A stretch of DNA of 43,225 nucleotides from an uncultured bacterium (GCA_963977445.1 CAXBPH010000017.1:1-43225); one strand, 5' to 3'; shown: positions 1-10,300, counted from the first letter of the stretch. The notes: a model not told the origin generated them from the letters alone. Made by a program: numbers and translations.

Positions 1-55
1 GCCTTTTTCCTCAGCGCGTAGTGCCCGTGCGCGGGTACGTCCCTTCAACGCCGCG
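1..55. repeat. 55-bp direct repeat, copy 1 (may extend beyond the window edge)
   Basis: GCCTTTTTCCTCAGCGCGTAGTGCCCGTGCGCGGGTACGTCCCTTCAACGCCGCG is identical to 283-337. Confidence 0.9.
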
Positions 56-282
56 AAGGGGACTGGCTCGCGCCGACAACTTCGAATCACTGAAGTGGAC
101 GTGCTGACCATCAATAGGTCGGACGGTTTTCTTGACTGCGGCAACGTGCGTGCCTGTCCCGACGGGGGTAGTCAGCGGTCGCCTGACGAAACTGACCGCG
201 CCATCCTGCCGACCCCAATCGGGACATACCCACGCTTTGTGGCGTCTGGCGTTGAACTTCAGCATATCCGGTTTGCCATCTT

Positions 283-337
283 GCCTTTTTCCTCAGCGCG
301 TAGTGCCCGTGCGCGGGTACGTCCCTTCAACGCCGCG
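283..337. repeat. 55-bp direct repeat, copy 2
   Basis: Exact match to 1-55 at an offset of 282 bp. Confidence 0.9.
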
Positions 338-476
338 GCCGCCTGACCCCACATGAAGCCCTTTTCTGCGCCATGGCGAATCCATACTGAATTTTCTGGT
401 GCGTTTCGCGTCCAGTACGCACCCGTGACACGGGGGAGAGATTTAGGCTGTACCTAAATTAGAGATGGTTTTCTTA

Positions 477-504
477 TTGATTTGGGACCATATTCTGCTA
501 TACT
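477..504 (+). promoter_or_regulatory. Putative sigma70-type promoter for the ECF sigma gene
   Basis: TTGATT (477-482), 16-bp spacer, extended -10 TGcTATACT (496-504), about 95 bp upstream of the ATG. Confidence 0.5.
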
Positions 505-599
505 GCGCTCGTGGCACGTTTAATTGGAACCTTTTGTAACCCGAGAGGATATATCCCCATAGAACGATTGGGACAGCCCGTGGGGATTAAGTAGACATT

Positions 600-1277
600 A
601 TGGCCGACGGAATGGAAAACGTAGTCCGACTATCACCGAAACCGGAACCGAAACTGCGCGTAGTAGAGCGTGGGGAAGGGCCCCTTCGGGATTGGAACGA
701 TGAAGCGTTGATGCTGGAACACGGTAAGGGCTCAGAAGAAGCCTATACCGTGTTGGTTTTGCGTCACCAGCGGGGTGTGCTCAATTACACCTATCGTATG
801 GTGCAGAATCGGCATATCGCGGAAGAGCTGACGCAGGAAGTCTTTCTTGCCTTGGTGAAAAACGGCGCACGGTATCAGCCGACCGCGAAGTTTACGACCT
901 ATCTCTACACGATAGCGTCCAATATCGTCTCTAAGGAATGGGCACGTCGTAAACGTCGTCCCAAATTCTTCAGTCTCTCCAGCTGGTGGAACCAGGAAGA
1001 CGATGAGTCCTTTAATCCCCTCGATCACGTGGGTGATGAGAAGGCCAATGTATTGGCAGCGTTCCAGCGGGGCGAAATCTCCGAAGCGGTGAACGAAGCC
1101 TTACGCCATCTTCCGGAACATCAGCGGGAAACCTTTGTATTGCGGCGCTTCCAGGATCTTTCTTACGAAGAGATTTCGGAAGTGCTTGACGTGCCTGTGG
1201 GCACGATAAAGTCACGTATCGTACGGGCGGAACGGGCACTGCGGCCCTACTTGGAAAAATACCGCGAGTACGTGTAG
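600..1277 (+). CDS. RNA polymerase sigma-70 factor, ECF subfamily (SigW/RpoE-like)
   Basis: Region 2 (AEELTQEVFL, KFTTYLYTIASN) and region 4 (LPEHQRETFVLRRFQDLSYEEISEVLDVPVGTIKSRIVRA); no region 3. Confidence 0.95.
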   Translation: MADGMENVVRLSPKPEPKLRVVERGEGPLRDWNDEALMLEHGKGSEEAYTVLVLRHQRGVLNYTYRMVQNRHIAEELTQEVFLALVKNGARYQPTAKFTTYLYTIASNIVSKEWARRKRRPKFFSLSSWWNQEDDESFNPLDHVGDEKANVLAAFQRGEISEAVNEALRHLPEHQRETFVLRRFQDLSYEEISEVLDVPVGTIKSRIVRAERALRPYLEKYREYV

Positions 1278-1381
1278 TGGATAGTGGTCAAGCGGGCCTG
1301 TCAGGCGCATGGTCCGCGGGGTTCAGACTGCGTTGCGGTCTGTGATCTGGTTTAGCGTCGTGCGAATAAAGGCGAGCGCAA

Positions 1382-2086
1382 GTGCAAATGGCATTGAAAA
1401 TACGCAACCATCCCAGTAAGCAAGTCTTGCTGGCCTATGCGGAAAACGTGGTAGACAAGACCTCGGCTATCGACCGAAGCATGGCTTCTCATATCATGGC
1501 CTGTGCCCAGTGTAAAGCCGAAGTGGCCGCGATTCAGGCTTCCCTCTCTTTTGTGGTATCCGCACCCGAGCTCGATCCGAGTTCGGAAATGACCGCCCGC
1601 ATTCTTATGGCCGGCAAAACGACCCGTTCCGAAATGCGTCAGGGGTTAACGCCCTTGCGTGTGGTATGGAAGGTGGCCCAGGCGGGTGCCTGTGCAGCGG
1701 CCATGGTCGTTGTAGCGGGCCTGACCTTCAGCGCCTTTCTGGGTTCCTCAGAACAGCAGGCCACGGCACCGGTCTTTGAGCACAGCGTGCCCACCATTGC
1801 TACCCAGGGTCGCTCTCCCGAAGCGGTTCGCCAGGCGGCGGTCGAGGTTGCGGCTGAAGTGCGCTCCCTTTCGGCAGCGGTTGCCGACAAAGAACGTCTG
1901 GAGCCCAGTCCCGAAGCGCTCGGTGAATTGCGGGCTGTCCAGTCTCGTGATGCCGATATTGCTGCGGCAGTTTCCGCCCTGGAGCGCAATCCCAACAGTG
2001 TGCGCGCGACCCACGTGGTCCACGCGACATTGAAGCGTCAGGCCGAGTCCCTGCGTAATATCTACGTCGAAGGCGGCAGCCTGTAG
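1382..2086 (+). CDS. Putative zinc-binding transmembrane anti-sigma factor (ZAS / zf-HC2-like)
   Basis: HxxxCxxC motif (HIMACAQC) near the N-terminus, one hydrophobic helix (AAAMVVVAGLTFSAFL), directly downstream of the ECF sigma. Confidence 0.75.
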   Translation: MQMALKIRNHPSKQVLLAYAENVVDKTSAIDRSMASHIMACAQCKAEVAAIQASLSFVVSAPELDPSSEMTARILMAGKTTRSEMRQGLTPLRVVWKVAQAGACAAAMVVVAGLTFSAFLGSSEQQATAPVFEHSVPTIATQGRSPEAVRQAAVEVAAEVRSLSAAVADKERLEPSPEALGELRAVQSRDADIAAAVSALERNPNSVRATHVVHATLKRQAESLRNIYVEGGSL

Positions 2087-2323
2087 TCAACGGCACGTCG
2101 GTGCGATGGTTTCCATCGTGTGACTCCCATGCTGCAGTTTCATCCATTCGGCCTGCGGGCCTGCTCACCGGTTCCATTTCTTCTGCCGGAATCTATCGTG
2201 TCCCCCTGACCACCTGCTTGTCGGCACTTGGGGCCTTCCTCCTCGTGATAAAGTGATTCGGCCGCTGGTATACTCACTTCTGAGCTGATGGCACGACATT
2301 TTTAACCGATTCGGATAGTATTC

Positions 2324-4243
2324 ATGGGCATACGATACAAACATCTCTTAGCATTGGTCCTGCTGTGTTGCTGCGGCGTGGCCTGGGGTGCCGAAGAAGG
2401 GATACTCCAGAAGACCCAGTCGTGGCTTGATGAAGTCGGTCGTGGCATGCGGAAAGTGGGCGAAAAGGCCGGGGGGCTCTTCGGTCCGGGCCTCGACATC
2501 GGCAAAGAGAGTGAAGCGGCCTTTCGTGCAGAGCGAGAGTTCAGCGATCAGCGCCAGACGGGGCCCTCCCCCGTGGTGAACGTGGCCAATGAGTTTGGCG
2601 AGATACATATTGAGACCTGGGATGACCGGGTGGTCCAGGTGAGTGCGAAGATAGTTGTCGGGGCGGAGTCTGCGAGCGTGGCCGAAGAAGTAAAGCGGGC
2701 CATCAATATTTCGATTCGCGAACAGGATGGCGCCGTCTATATTCGCCCCAATCTGCTGCAGAACCACCAGGATATGGGCAGTCTCAGCATGCAGGTGAAT
2801 CTCTATATCACCGTGCCCCGCAGTGCCCAGGTGGTGACTGAAAATCTTTTTGGTGATACCTTCATTCGTGGTGTGGATGGATTGGTGGCGGTGGAATCCC
2901 ACTTCGGCATCGTGGAGCTCAGCGATCTCAGTGGTGCCGTCAGTGGCCGTCTGCGGGGCGAGTTTCCCGCGCGAATCATGGGGCTGGCCCAGGGTGGACA
3001 TTTTCAGCTCAATGGCAGTGCCGCCGAATTCGGACAGATTTCCGGGACCCTTCATGTGAATGCTTTTGGCGGCAGTGTAGCGGTAGGCACCCTCGAGGAG
3101 GCCGCCGAACTGGATGTGGTCAGCGAGGGCAGTGCCATAACCCTGGTGTTGGCGAAAGAGGGTGCACCCGACCTGACGGCCACCACCCGGTTTGGCACGA
3201 TTACGTCTGACCTGCCCGTGACCCGATCGGAGCAGGGTGCCCGTATCCTGGCCCGCCATGGCAGTCCCGACGCACAACAGCGCATCGATGTAAGCGGGAC
3301 CTTCTCGGACATTAAAATTATTTACGAAGGCGAATCCGGTGTGCCGTCCCAGGGCGTGGATAGCGGGGACACCCAGGTCAGCGAGACCATCCGCCGTCAT
3401 CAGGATGTGACACCCTACACCAAAATTCGCGTGGAAGGAATTATCGGTAATATTCAGCTTGAGGGTACCGACGAGCCCGGTGTTCATATCGCGGCGACCC
3501 CCGGCGTGCGTGTGTTGAATACCTCCAAGGCCAAGGCGGCGATTGAGGCCCTGGCGCTCCGGGTAGAGCATGACAAGACAACCGACCAACTGTTGATTCG
3601 TACCGTCCTTACCGCCGATATGGAAACCCTGCAGTGCAGTAAGTACAGGGTGGACCTGGAAATCCGGTATCCCCGTTACCTTCCTGTCACGGTGGTTGCC
3701 GAAGATGGCCTGAGCCAGGTGAGCGGTAATGTGGCCCCCGTGATTGTGGAGCAGGCGGCCGGGGCCATCAGCGCGGAACGTTTCGCCGGCCCCATCACGT
3801 TGAACAATAAAAATGGCGGCATCCGGGTGACCGGGGGCACCGGCGCGGTGACCGCAGAAGCCCGCTATGGGGATACTTATTTCGAGCGGGTTCGGGGCGA
3901 TATTTCCGTGACCTGTGTTCAGGGACACACGGTAATCGAGAGTCCCGGTGCGGGGGTCATGGTCCGAAGTAGTCTGGGCAATGTGCACATTCTCGCGACG
4001 GAAGGGGTAAAGGGGAATTACGACGTGCTGGTTGAGGAGCGGGATTTACATCTGGCCCTTGGTGGCGGCGAATTGCCCAAGGCCAACCTGAAAGTGACGG
4101 TTGAGGGCGGTACGGTCGATAGTGCCTACCCCCTTTCGGGTCAGATTCTGGGGCGTCGTAAAGAAGAATTTGGTAACTATGTGGGCGAAGGGGCTTTTTC
4201 CATGCAACTCGAAGCACGAAATGGGGATATAGTACTAGACTAA
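2324..4243 (+). CDS. Secreted DUF4097 (putative adhesin) beta-strand repeat protein with two modules
   Basis: Signal peptide (..GVAWG-A); repeated strands such as VNVANEFGEIHI, VTENLFGDTFI, LNNKNGGIRV, EARNGDIVLD; this family commonly follows ECF/anti-sigma pairs. Confidence 0.8.
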   Translation: MGIRYKHLLALVLLCCCGVAWGAEEGILQKTQSWLDEVGRGMRKVGEKAGGLFGPGLDIGKESEAAFRAEREFSDQRQTGPSPVVNVANEFGEIHIETWDDRVVQVSAKIVVGAESASVAEEVKRAINISIREQDGAVYIRPNLLQNHQDMGSLSMQVNLYITVPRSAQVVTENLFGDTFIRGVDGLVAVESHFGIVELSDLSGAVSGRLRGEFPARIMGLAQGGHFQLNGSAAEFGQISGTLHVNAFGGSVAVGTLEEAAELDVVSEGSAITLVLAKEGAPDLTATTRFGTITSDLPVTRSEQGARILARHGSPDAQQRIDVSGTFSDIKIIYEGESGVPSQGVDSGDTQVSETIRRHQDVTPYTKIRVEGIIGNIQLEGTDEPGVHIAATPGVRVLNTSKAKAAIEALALRVEHDKTTDQLLIRTVLTADMETLQCSKYRVDLEIRYPRYLPVTVVAEDGLSQVSGNVAPVIVEQAAGAISAERFAGPITLNNKNGGIRVTGGTGAVTAEARYGDTYFERVRGDISVTCVQGHTVIESPGAGVMVRSSLGNVHILATEGVKGNYDVLVEERDLHLALGGGELPKANLKVTVEGGTVDSAYPLSGQILGRRKEEFGNYVGEGAFSMQLEARNGDIVLD

Positions 4244-4459
4244 GCAACGCGCACACCGGTGGCGCCTGCGGTCTGGATTACTATCGGGGTGGGTGGTCAC
4301 GCCAATCTCTGGTTAGTCTCACCATCGAATAAAATCCAGTTCTCGTGGGTAGTATAGTTAACATCTTTCAAGCAACGCACTTATAGTCTTTGCAAAAGAT
4401 GGTATCCAACTTGCTCAGTATCAGTACTTCACCCGCGGAAAGAGCATGGAGAGCATCTC

Positions 4460-5035
4460 ATGACCAATACACTACGCCAGGAGTCCCTGGTTCCCTTTCA
4501 CATTTATTTCACCTGTCCCCACTGCCAGGCGGTCCGTCAAGTGCCCGATCAATACGTGGGCCAGACGGGAAGCTGCAATTCCTGTGGCGGTGCCATCACA
4601 ATAAATGCCAACACGGCTCCGCCCTTGCCCCGTGTGCCCACCGATCCCCATCCCAAGTCGTGGTATCGGGAGCGCAGCAATTACTTCGAGTATTGTCGCA
4701 ATAATTACGAAGCGGCGTGCGCGGAATTTACCATGGTGGTCGACGATGCCTACTGGCAGGGCCGGGTCCATCGGGCGGCCTTGTGTCAGGAGCGTGCCGA
4801 GCAGGTAGCCTACTGGGAACGGCTCGTTGCCGAGGGCATTCCGTGGTCCGTGGCCTTTGAGTACCTGGTCCACTACTACGTGAAGGACCATGATTACGTG
4901 CGGGCGTATTATTTCTGCTGTGTCTATTTCCAGAGCGAGCGCTGGAAAAATCCCAAGTGCGTGGGGAGCAGCTATTCCCTGTTGAAGATCATGCGCAAAT
5001 TGCAGCGGAAACTCAACGAGTTCGAAGAAGACTAA
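4460..5035 (+). CDS. Hypothetical protein with an N-terminal zinc ribbon
   Basis: CPHC-x16-CNSC, Pro-rich linker, helical aromatic-rich C-terminal domain; GGAG RBS upstream. Confidence 0.75.
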   Translation: MTNTLRQESLVPFHIYFTCPHCQAVRQVPDQYVGQTGSCNSCGGAITINANTAPPLPRVPTDPHPKSWYRERSNYFEYCRNNYEAACAEFTMVVDDAYWQGRVHRAALCQERAEQVAYWERLVAEGIPWSVAFEYLVHYYVKDHDYVRAYYFCCVYFQSERWKNPKCVGSSYSLLKIMRKLQRKLNEFEED

Positions 5036-5036
5036 C

Positions 5037-5163
5037 TAAGCGAAGGGGCATCCCAGACTTATTCCACGTCAATCGGTTGCCAGCTTCCAGCATTGGAATA
5101 TGGGCTCGCCGACCCCAGGTCGAAGACGCAAAAACATCGTGCCTTCGGCCTGGGTGCGGCGGG
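5037..5163. repeat. Dispersed palindromic (REP/MITE-like) repeat, copy A
   Basis: Shares TAAGCGAAG..GCATC, CCAGCTTCCAG, CTCGCC and GTCGAAGACG..CGTGCCTTCGGCC blocks with 37428-37564. Confidence 0.75.
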
Positions 5164-5354
5164 TCACCGTTGGAAATAGCTGCGGATAACCGTGTGCGCG
5201 AGGTCGACGGTGTAGCGAACGCTCGGATTGGCTATTCCATGGCGTTGATGGCCGTGTCGGTCACTTGGTGTGTTTTGTCTCAGGCAGGTCATGACGCGCC
5301 GAGGCGGGAATGCCTGAGTCCCTTGAGGGGGCGCCTTTCAGGAGCTCAGGTCGC

Positions 5355-6101
5355 CTATTCCATTTTTTCCAGCGGTTCGGCGTTGCCGCGGATGATGCCG
5401 CCTAGCACGCGGGCAGGGGCCGCCCACTTAATGCCGTTGGCGATGACCTTCAAGATGACTTCGTTGTGGTAGATGGGCAAGGTCTCGTGTCCGGGGCGGA
5501 AATAGAAGATTTTGCCGAGACCCCGTTGCCAGCAGCAACCGCTGCGGAAGACTTCACCCCCCTGGAACCAGCTGATAAAGACCTGTTGATCGGGCTGGGG
5601 GATGTCAAAGTGCTCGCCATACATTTCCGCGAGCTCGAGTTCTATCTTCTCGGGGATGCCGTCCACAATCGGGTGGGATGGGTCCACGACCCAGAGGCGT
5701 TCTTTCTCGCCTCGTTCCTTATACTCCCGCCACTTTAGATCGCAGGTGGTGCCCATAAGCTTTTTGAAGACTTTTGCATGGTGGCCACTGTGGAGGACGA
5801 TGAGCCCCATACCATGCTGTACGACCCGTTCCTGGACCTTGGTCACGATGGCATCGTCTACCCGGTCGTGGGCCGTATGTCCCCACCACGTCATGACGTC
5901 CGTCGTTTCGAGGACTTCGTCGGTGAGGCCGTGTTCCGGGTCATCCAGTTCTGCCACGCGGACCGATGCAATGCCGCGGACTTTTTCCATATATTGGGCA
6001 AGCTGATGGCCGAGGCCTTTGGGATAGATTGCGGAAACTTTGGGGTTGGTTTTTTCGTGGACGCCTTCGTTCCAGATGGTGACGCGTAATCCGTCGGACA
6101 T
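5355..6101 (-). CDS. thuA: ThuA-like (trehalose utilization) protein
   Basis: [60 protein letters not shown] are typical ThuA motifs; start moved to ATG 6101 behind an AAAGGAAG RBS. Confidence 0.9.
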   Translation of the reverse strand: MSDGLRVTIWNEGVHEKTNPKVSAIYPKGLGHQLAQYMEKVRGIASVRVAELDDPEHGLTDEVLETTDVMTWWGHTAHDRVDDAIVTKVQERVVQHGMGLIVLHSGHHAKVFKKLMGTTCDLKWREYKERGEKERLWVVDPSHPIVDGIPEKIELELAEMYGEHFDIPQPDQQVFISWFQGGEVFRSGCCWQRGLGKIFYFRPGHETLPIYHNEVILKVIANGIKWAAPARVLGGIIRGNAEPLEKME

Positions 6102-6212
6102 GGTGCAACTTCCTTTCGTGGCTACCGTGAGAGTTGCCACATTGTAGGTCGTTGGGCCAGCGGGGCGCAATGAGCATCGTAGTCCGGGACGGGGTGCGCG
6201 CCAGGGCGCTGT

Positions 6213-6288
6213 AAAAAGGAAGGGGGGACCCTGCGTGGTCAGCAACAGGGTCCCCAGAGGGAAGAGAGTCTGAAAGTTGCTTTCAGTA
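6213..6288 (-). ncRNA. Candidate ~75-nt sRNA or attenuator leader upstream of thuA
   Basis: Hairpin CUGAAAG/CUUUCAG, CU-rich linker, hairpin GGGGACCCUG/CAGGGUCCCC, then CCUUCCUUUUU; promoter directly upstream. Confidence 0.45.
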
Positions 6289-6293
6289 ACTAA

Positions 6294-6322
6294 ATGGTAC
6301 CGTAATTTCTTCTTTACGTCAA
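6294..6322 (-). promoter_or_regulatory. Putative sigma70 promoter
   Basis: TTGACG-17 bp-TACCAT on the minus strand, with AT-rich sequence upstream. Confidence 0.6.
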
Positions 6323-6396
6323 GGCTTAATTTAGGCTTTACGTAAAAACAGCATCATTGTGCGGATAAATTGCCTCTCCCAAGGAGAAAAGACATG

Positions 6397-6438
6397 AAAA
6401 AGCCCGTATTGGCCTGCCAAGGAGGCCTATACGGGCTT
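6397..6438 (-). terminator. Rho-independent terminator of the acidic-protein gene
   Basis: AAGCCCGTATAGGCC..GGCCAATACGGGCTTTTT on the minus strand, about 55 nt after the stop. Confidence 0.75.
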
Positions 6439-6494
6439 GTTTTCGTGATTTATGGACCCTACGGGTCCAAACCTATCTTTTCATGTGCTGGAGC

Positions 6495-7049
6495 TCAGTC
6501 GAAGCTGAATGCCTCGTCATCATCATCATCGTCGTCATCGTCGAAGGAGAATGCGTCATCATCGTCATCATCGTCATCATCGGCGTCTTCTTCGGTCTTT
6601 GCGTCACCATCATCGCTGTCGTCATCATCATCGTCAAAGCTGAATTCGCCATCGTCGTCGTCCCCACTATCGCTATCGCTATCACTATCACTATCGCCAT
6701 CATCATCGTCGGCTGTATCGGTGCTTGCTTCCACCTCAGCCAATTTCGCCATGGCTTCTGCGTCGTCCGGCTCGTCTTCGTCCAGCTCAACATCGAAGCC
6801 GAGGGAACGGGCGAGACGGGTTACCCGGGCATTGCCCGATTCGGCCAGTTTTTTCTCGATGTCGAAAGCGGCCTGACCGGACATTTCCTTCACGCGCTGG
6901 TCGATGAGGCGGGCATTTTCCATGCACATACCGATTTCATCGAGCACTTCCTTCAAGGCGTCTTTCAGGTGCTGTTCTGCTTCGGAAGCGACCTTGGCCA
7001 CTGCCATATCTTTCTTGGGATTGGCACTGAGGCCGACTTTGAAATCCAT
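6495..7049 (-). CDS. Hypothetical protein: helical N-terminal domain plus Asp-rich disordered tail with three FSFD motifs
   Basis: ATG 7049 preceded by GGAG; mixed GAT/GAC codons in the tail; followed by a terminator. Confidence 0.8.
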   Translation of the reverse strand: MDFKVGLSANPKKDMAVAKVASEAEQHLKDALKEVLDEIGMCMENARLIDQRVKEMSGQAAFDIEKKLAESGNARVTRLARSLGFDVELDEDEPDDAEAMAKLAEVEASTDTADDDDGDSDSDSDSDSGDDDDGEFSFDDDDDDSDDGDAKTEEDADDDDDDDDDAFSFDDDDDDDDDEAFSFD

Positions 7050-7343
7050 TGCAAGTTTCTCCGCTGAATATTTGGGGCTGGGAGGGGCGTTTTTGTGTTG
7101 CTGCGCTTTTGCGCCGTACGCCGTTCCACATAGTTCCGCTACTGCGCTCAGTCTAGCAGACGGCGGGCCATCGGGCAACGAAGAAATTACCCGTGAAGTG
7201 GGGGTGGTTATGGGGGGTATCGGGGCTCGGCGCTACCCACCCGCGCAACCTCCATTGTAGGGACGCTTGCGGGGTGCTATGATGGTTCCTCGCCGTAGAA
7301 CCAAAAGCGGCCTTGCCGCATGCTAAAACTATCAGGAGTGCCG

Positions 7344-10300
7344 ATGATCGGCTATTACCGTAATCCGACCATTCACCAGGACACCATCGTGTTCTGTGCC
7401 GAAGATGACCTGTGGACCGTGAGCCGCTCCGGCGGTATCGCGCGCCGCCTCACGACGAGTCTGGGTGCCGTCAGTACCCCCCGTTTTTCACCGGACGGGA
7501 CGCTTCTGGCCTTTTCCGGGCGGGAAGACGGGGCGTGGGAAGTCTATGTCATGCCTGCCGAGGGCGGGCCGGCGACGCGGTTGACCTACCAGGGGGTGGT
7601 GGCCCAGGTCGCGGGATGGTCGTCGGATGGAAAATCGATCTATTATTCCAGTGAAGCGACTGCACCCTTTGCTGCGGCCCGTACGCTGTGGTCTATCTCC
7701 CCAAAAGGTGGGGATCCCGTGGGCCTGCCCTGGGGCCCGGCCAGTCATCTGAGCGAAGGTCCGGGAAAGACCCTCGTCCTCGGGCGCAATACGGGGGACC
7801 CGGCCCGCTGGAAGCGTTACCGTGGCGGCCGTGCGGGGCAGCTCTGGATTGATCGGAATGGTGACGGTGAATTTGAGCGCCTCACGCCGGTGTCCGGCAA
7901 TGTGACCTCGCCCATGTGGATCGGAAAGCGGATCTATTTTCTGTCGGATCACGAAGGGGTGGGGAATCTCTATAGTTGCACGCCGACAGGTAAGGGGTTG
8001 AAGCGTCATACCCATGGCGATGAATTCTACGCCCGTGGTGCGTCCACCGATGGTAAGGCGATTATTTATCATGCGGGTGGCAACTGCTATGTCTACGATC
8101 TGGCGACGGATACGGCCACGGTGGTAGCTATCAGCACGCCGAGTCCCGAAGTGCAGCGTCGCCGTCGTTTTGTGCCGGCCACGTCCAACTTGCAGGGCTA
8201 CGGGCTACGTCCCGACGGAAAGGCTTTGGCAATTACAGCGCGGGGCAAGCTGTTTACCATGGGCAATTGGGAAGGCCCCGTGTTGCACCATGGTCAGGAG
8301 GCGGGGAGTCGTGCACGGCTCAGCACCTGGCTCAACGATGGGAAACGTATTGTCACGGTATCTGATCGCAGTGGTGAAGAGTGTCTGGAAATCGTGGATA
8401 CCACGGGAAAAGCGAAGCCCAAATCCCTGGACAAAATTGTCATTGGCCACGCCATGGGAATGACCGTTTCTCCCAAAGAAGATATGGCGGTGGTGCGCAA
8501 TCATCGCTTTGAACTGATTCTCGCCGATCTGAAAAAGGGCACGGGGAAGTGCATCGATAAAAGTGACTTTGGCCCCGTGTCGGGTGCCACGTGGTCGCCC
8601 GATGGCAAGTGGATCGCGTACTCCTACGCCGAGACCTCCCGCAGTCGGGTAATTCGTTTGTACCACGTAGCTACGGGCAAGAAACACGCGGTTACCCGCC
8701 CGGAATTTACCGATGTGGCCCCGTCGTGGGACCCCGAAGGCAACTTTCTCTATTTCATTTCCTACCGAGTCTATAATCCGGTGTACGATGCCCTGCACTT
8801 CGATCTGGGATTTCCCCAGGCCATGCAATTGATGGTGGTGCCCCTGCGCCGTGATGTGGCTAGTCCCTTCGTGGCTCGAAACGATGTTGCGAAGGTAGAG
8901 CCCCCAAAACCCGACAAGAAAAAGACAAAAGAAAAGCCCCTGAAAATCGATGTTGCGGGCTTGGCCGATCGGGTCATCGCGTTCCCCAAGGGTGCTGGTC
9001 GTTATGGCCGGATTGTTGGTATTAAGGGCAAGATTCTCTACAGCCAATATGCCGTGAAAGGTACGCTCGTCAGCCATAGTCCGCCGCCGGAGGATAACCA
9101 CGGTACGGTGTACGCCTACGATCTGACGACCATGAAGGAAGAGACGATTCTCACTGGTGTGGATAGCTTTAGCTTGTCGCGGGACGGCAGTGCGTTGCTG
9201 TATCGGGCCGGGAAACGGCTTCGTGTCGTGAAGGCCGGAGAAAAGCCCAACGAGCAGAAAAGCACCGGCATGGTAAAAGATGGCGGGCGCGCACAGGGCT
9301 GGATTAATCTCGATCGTATTCAGATTGCTGTCGATCCGCCCATGGAGTGGCGCCAGATGTTTCGCGAAGCCTGGCGCCTGCAACGGGATTATTTCTGGGA
9401 CGAGGGCATGTCGGGGGTGGACTGGAAAAAGGTCTACAACCGTTATGCACCGCTCCTGGATCGCGTTGGCTGTCGGAGTGAGTTGTCCGACCTGATGTGG
9501 GAAATGCAGGGCGAATTGGGCACCTCCCATGCCTACGAAGTGGGCGGAGACTATCGTCACGCCCCCCGGGTGCAGCAGGGTAAGCTGGGTGCGGAACTTT
9601 CGTGGGACCAGAAGCGTAAGGGCTACCGAATTTCGGCCATCTCCCAGGGTGACTCCTGGAGCGAGCACCGCCACTCTCCCTTGCAGGCACCGGCGGTGAA
9701 TATCGGCGTGGGTGACGTGATTACCGCCATCAACGGCGTTGCTCTCAGCCCGTCGGTGACGCCGGGGCACGCCCTGGCGAATCTGGGCGGTCAGGAAGTG
9801 CTCCTCCGGGTTCAGCCCAAGACCGGTGCCTCCCGTGAGGCCATCGTGACGACCCTTCGCCATGAAGGGGCGCTGCGGTATCGGGAATGGGTCAACGCCA
9901 ATCGCGAAGAAGTGCACAAGCGCAGCAAGGGCCAGGTGGGCTACATCCACATCCCCAATATGGGTGCTCAGGGCTATGCCGAGTTCCACCGGGGCTGGTT
10001 GCCGGAATTGCACTACCCCGCTTTGATTATCGACGTGCGCTACAACGGGGGCGGTCACGTCTCTCAATTGCTGCTCGAAAAACTCGCACGGAAACGGCTG
10101 GGTTATGATGTGTCCCGTTGGCACGCGCCCGAGGCCTATCCCCGGGAATCGGTGTTGGGTCCCATGGTGGCCCTGACCAATGAGAATGCCGGTTCCGATG
10201 GCGACATATTTTCCCACTGCTTCAAGCGCATGGACTTGGGGCCCCTCATTGGCACCCGGACCTGGGGTGGCGTCATTGGTATCAATCCACGAACCGAACT

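Noticed and set aside
1..347. Possible CRISPR array
   Set aside because: Only two 55-bp copies separated by 227 bp, and no cas genes
11..356. Short ORFs at the start of the window
   Set aside because: They overlap the repeat mosaic and have no RBS or recognisable motif
526..553. Autoregulatory ECF promoter (GGAACC -35)
   Set aside because: The -35 is plausible but I cannot identify a convincing -10 element
5030..5175. Integron attC site (GACTAAC..GTTGGAA)
   Set aside because: The R boxes are poorly complementary, copy B lacks the AAC, and there is no integrase or cassette array
6370..7067. Poly-Ser and poly-Ile/Val ORFs on the plus strand
   Set aside because: These are alternative frames of the (GAT/GAC)n tract; the minus-strand Asp-rich ORF has a folded-looking N-terminal domain and a matching terminator
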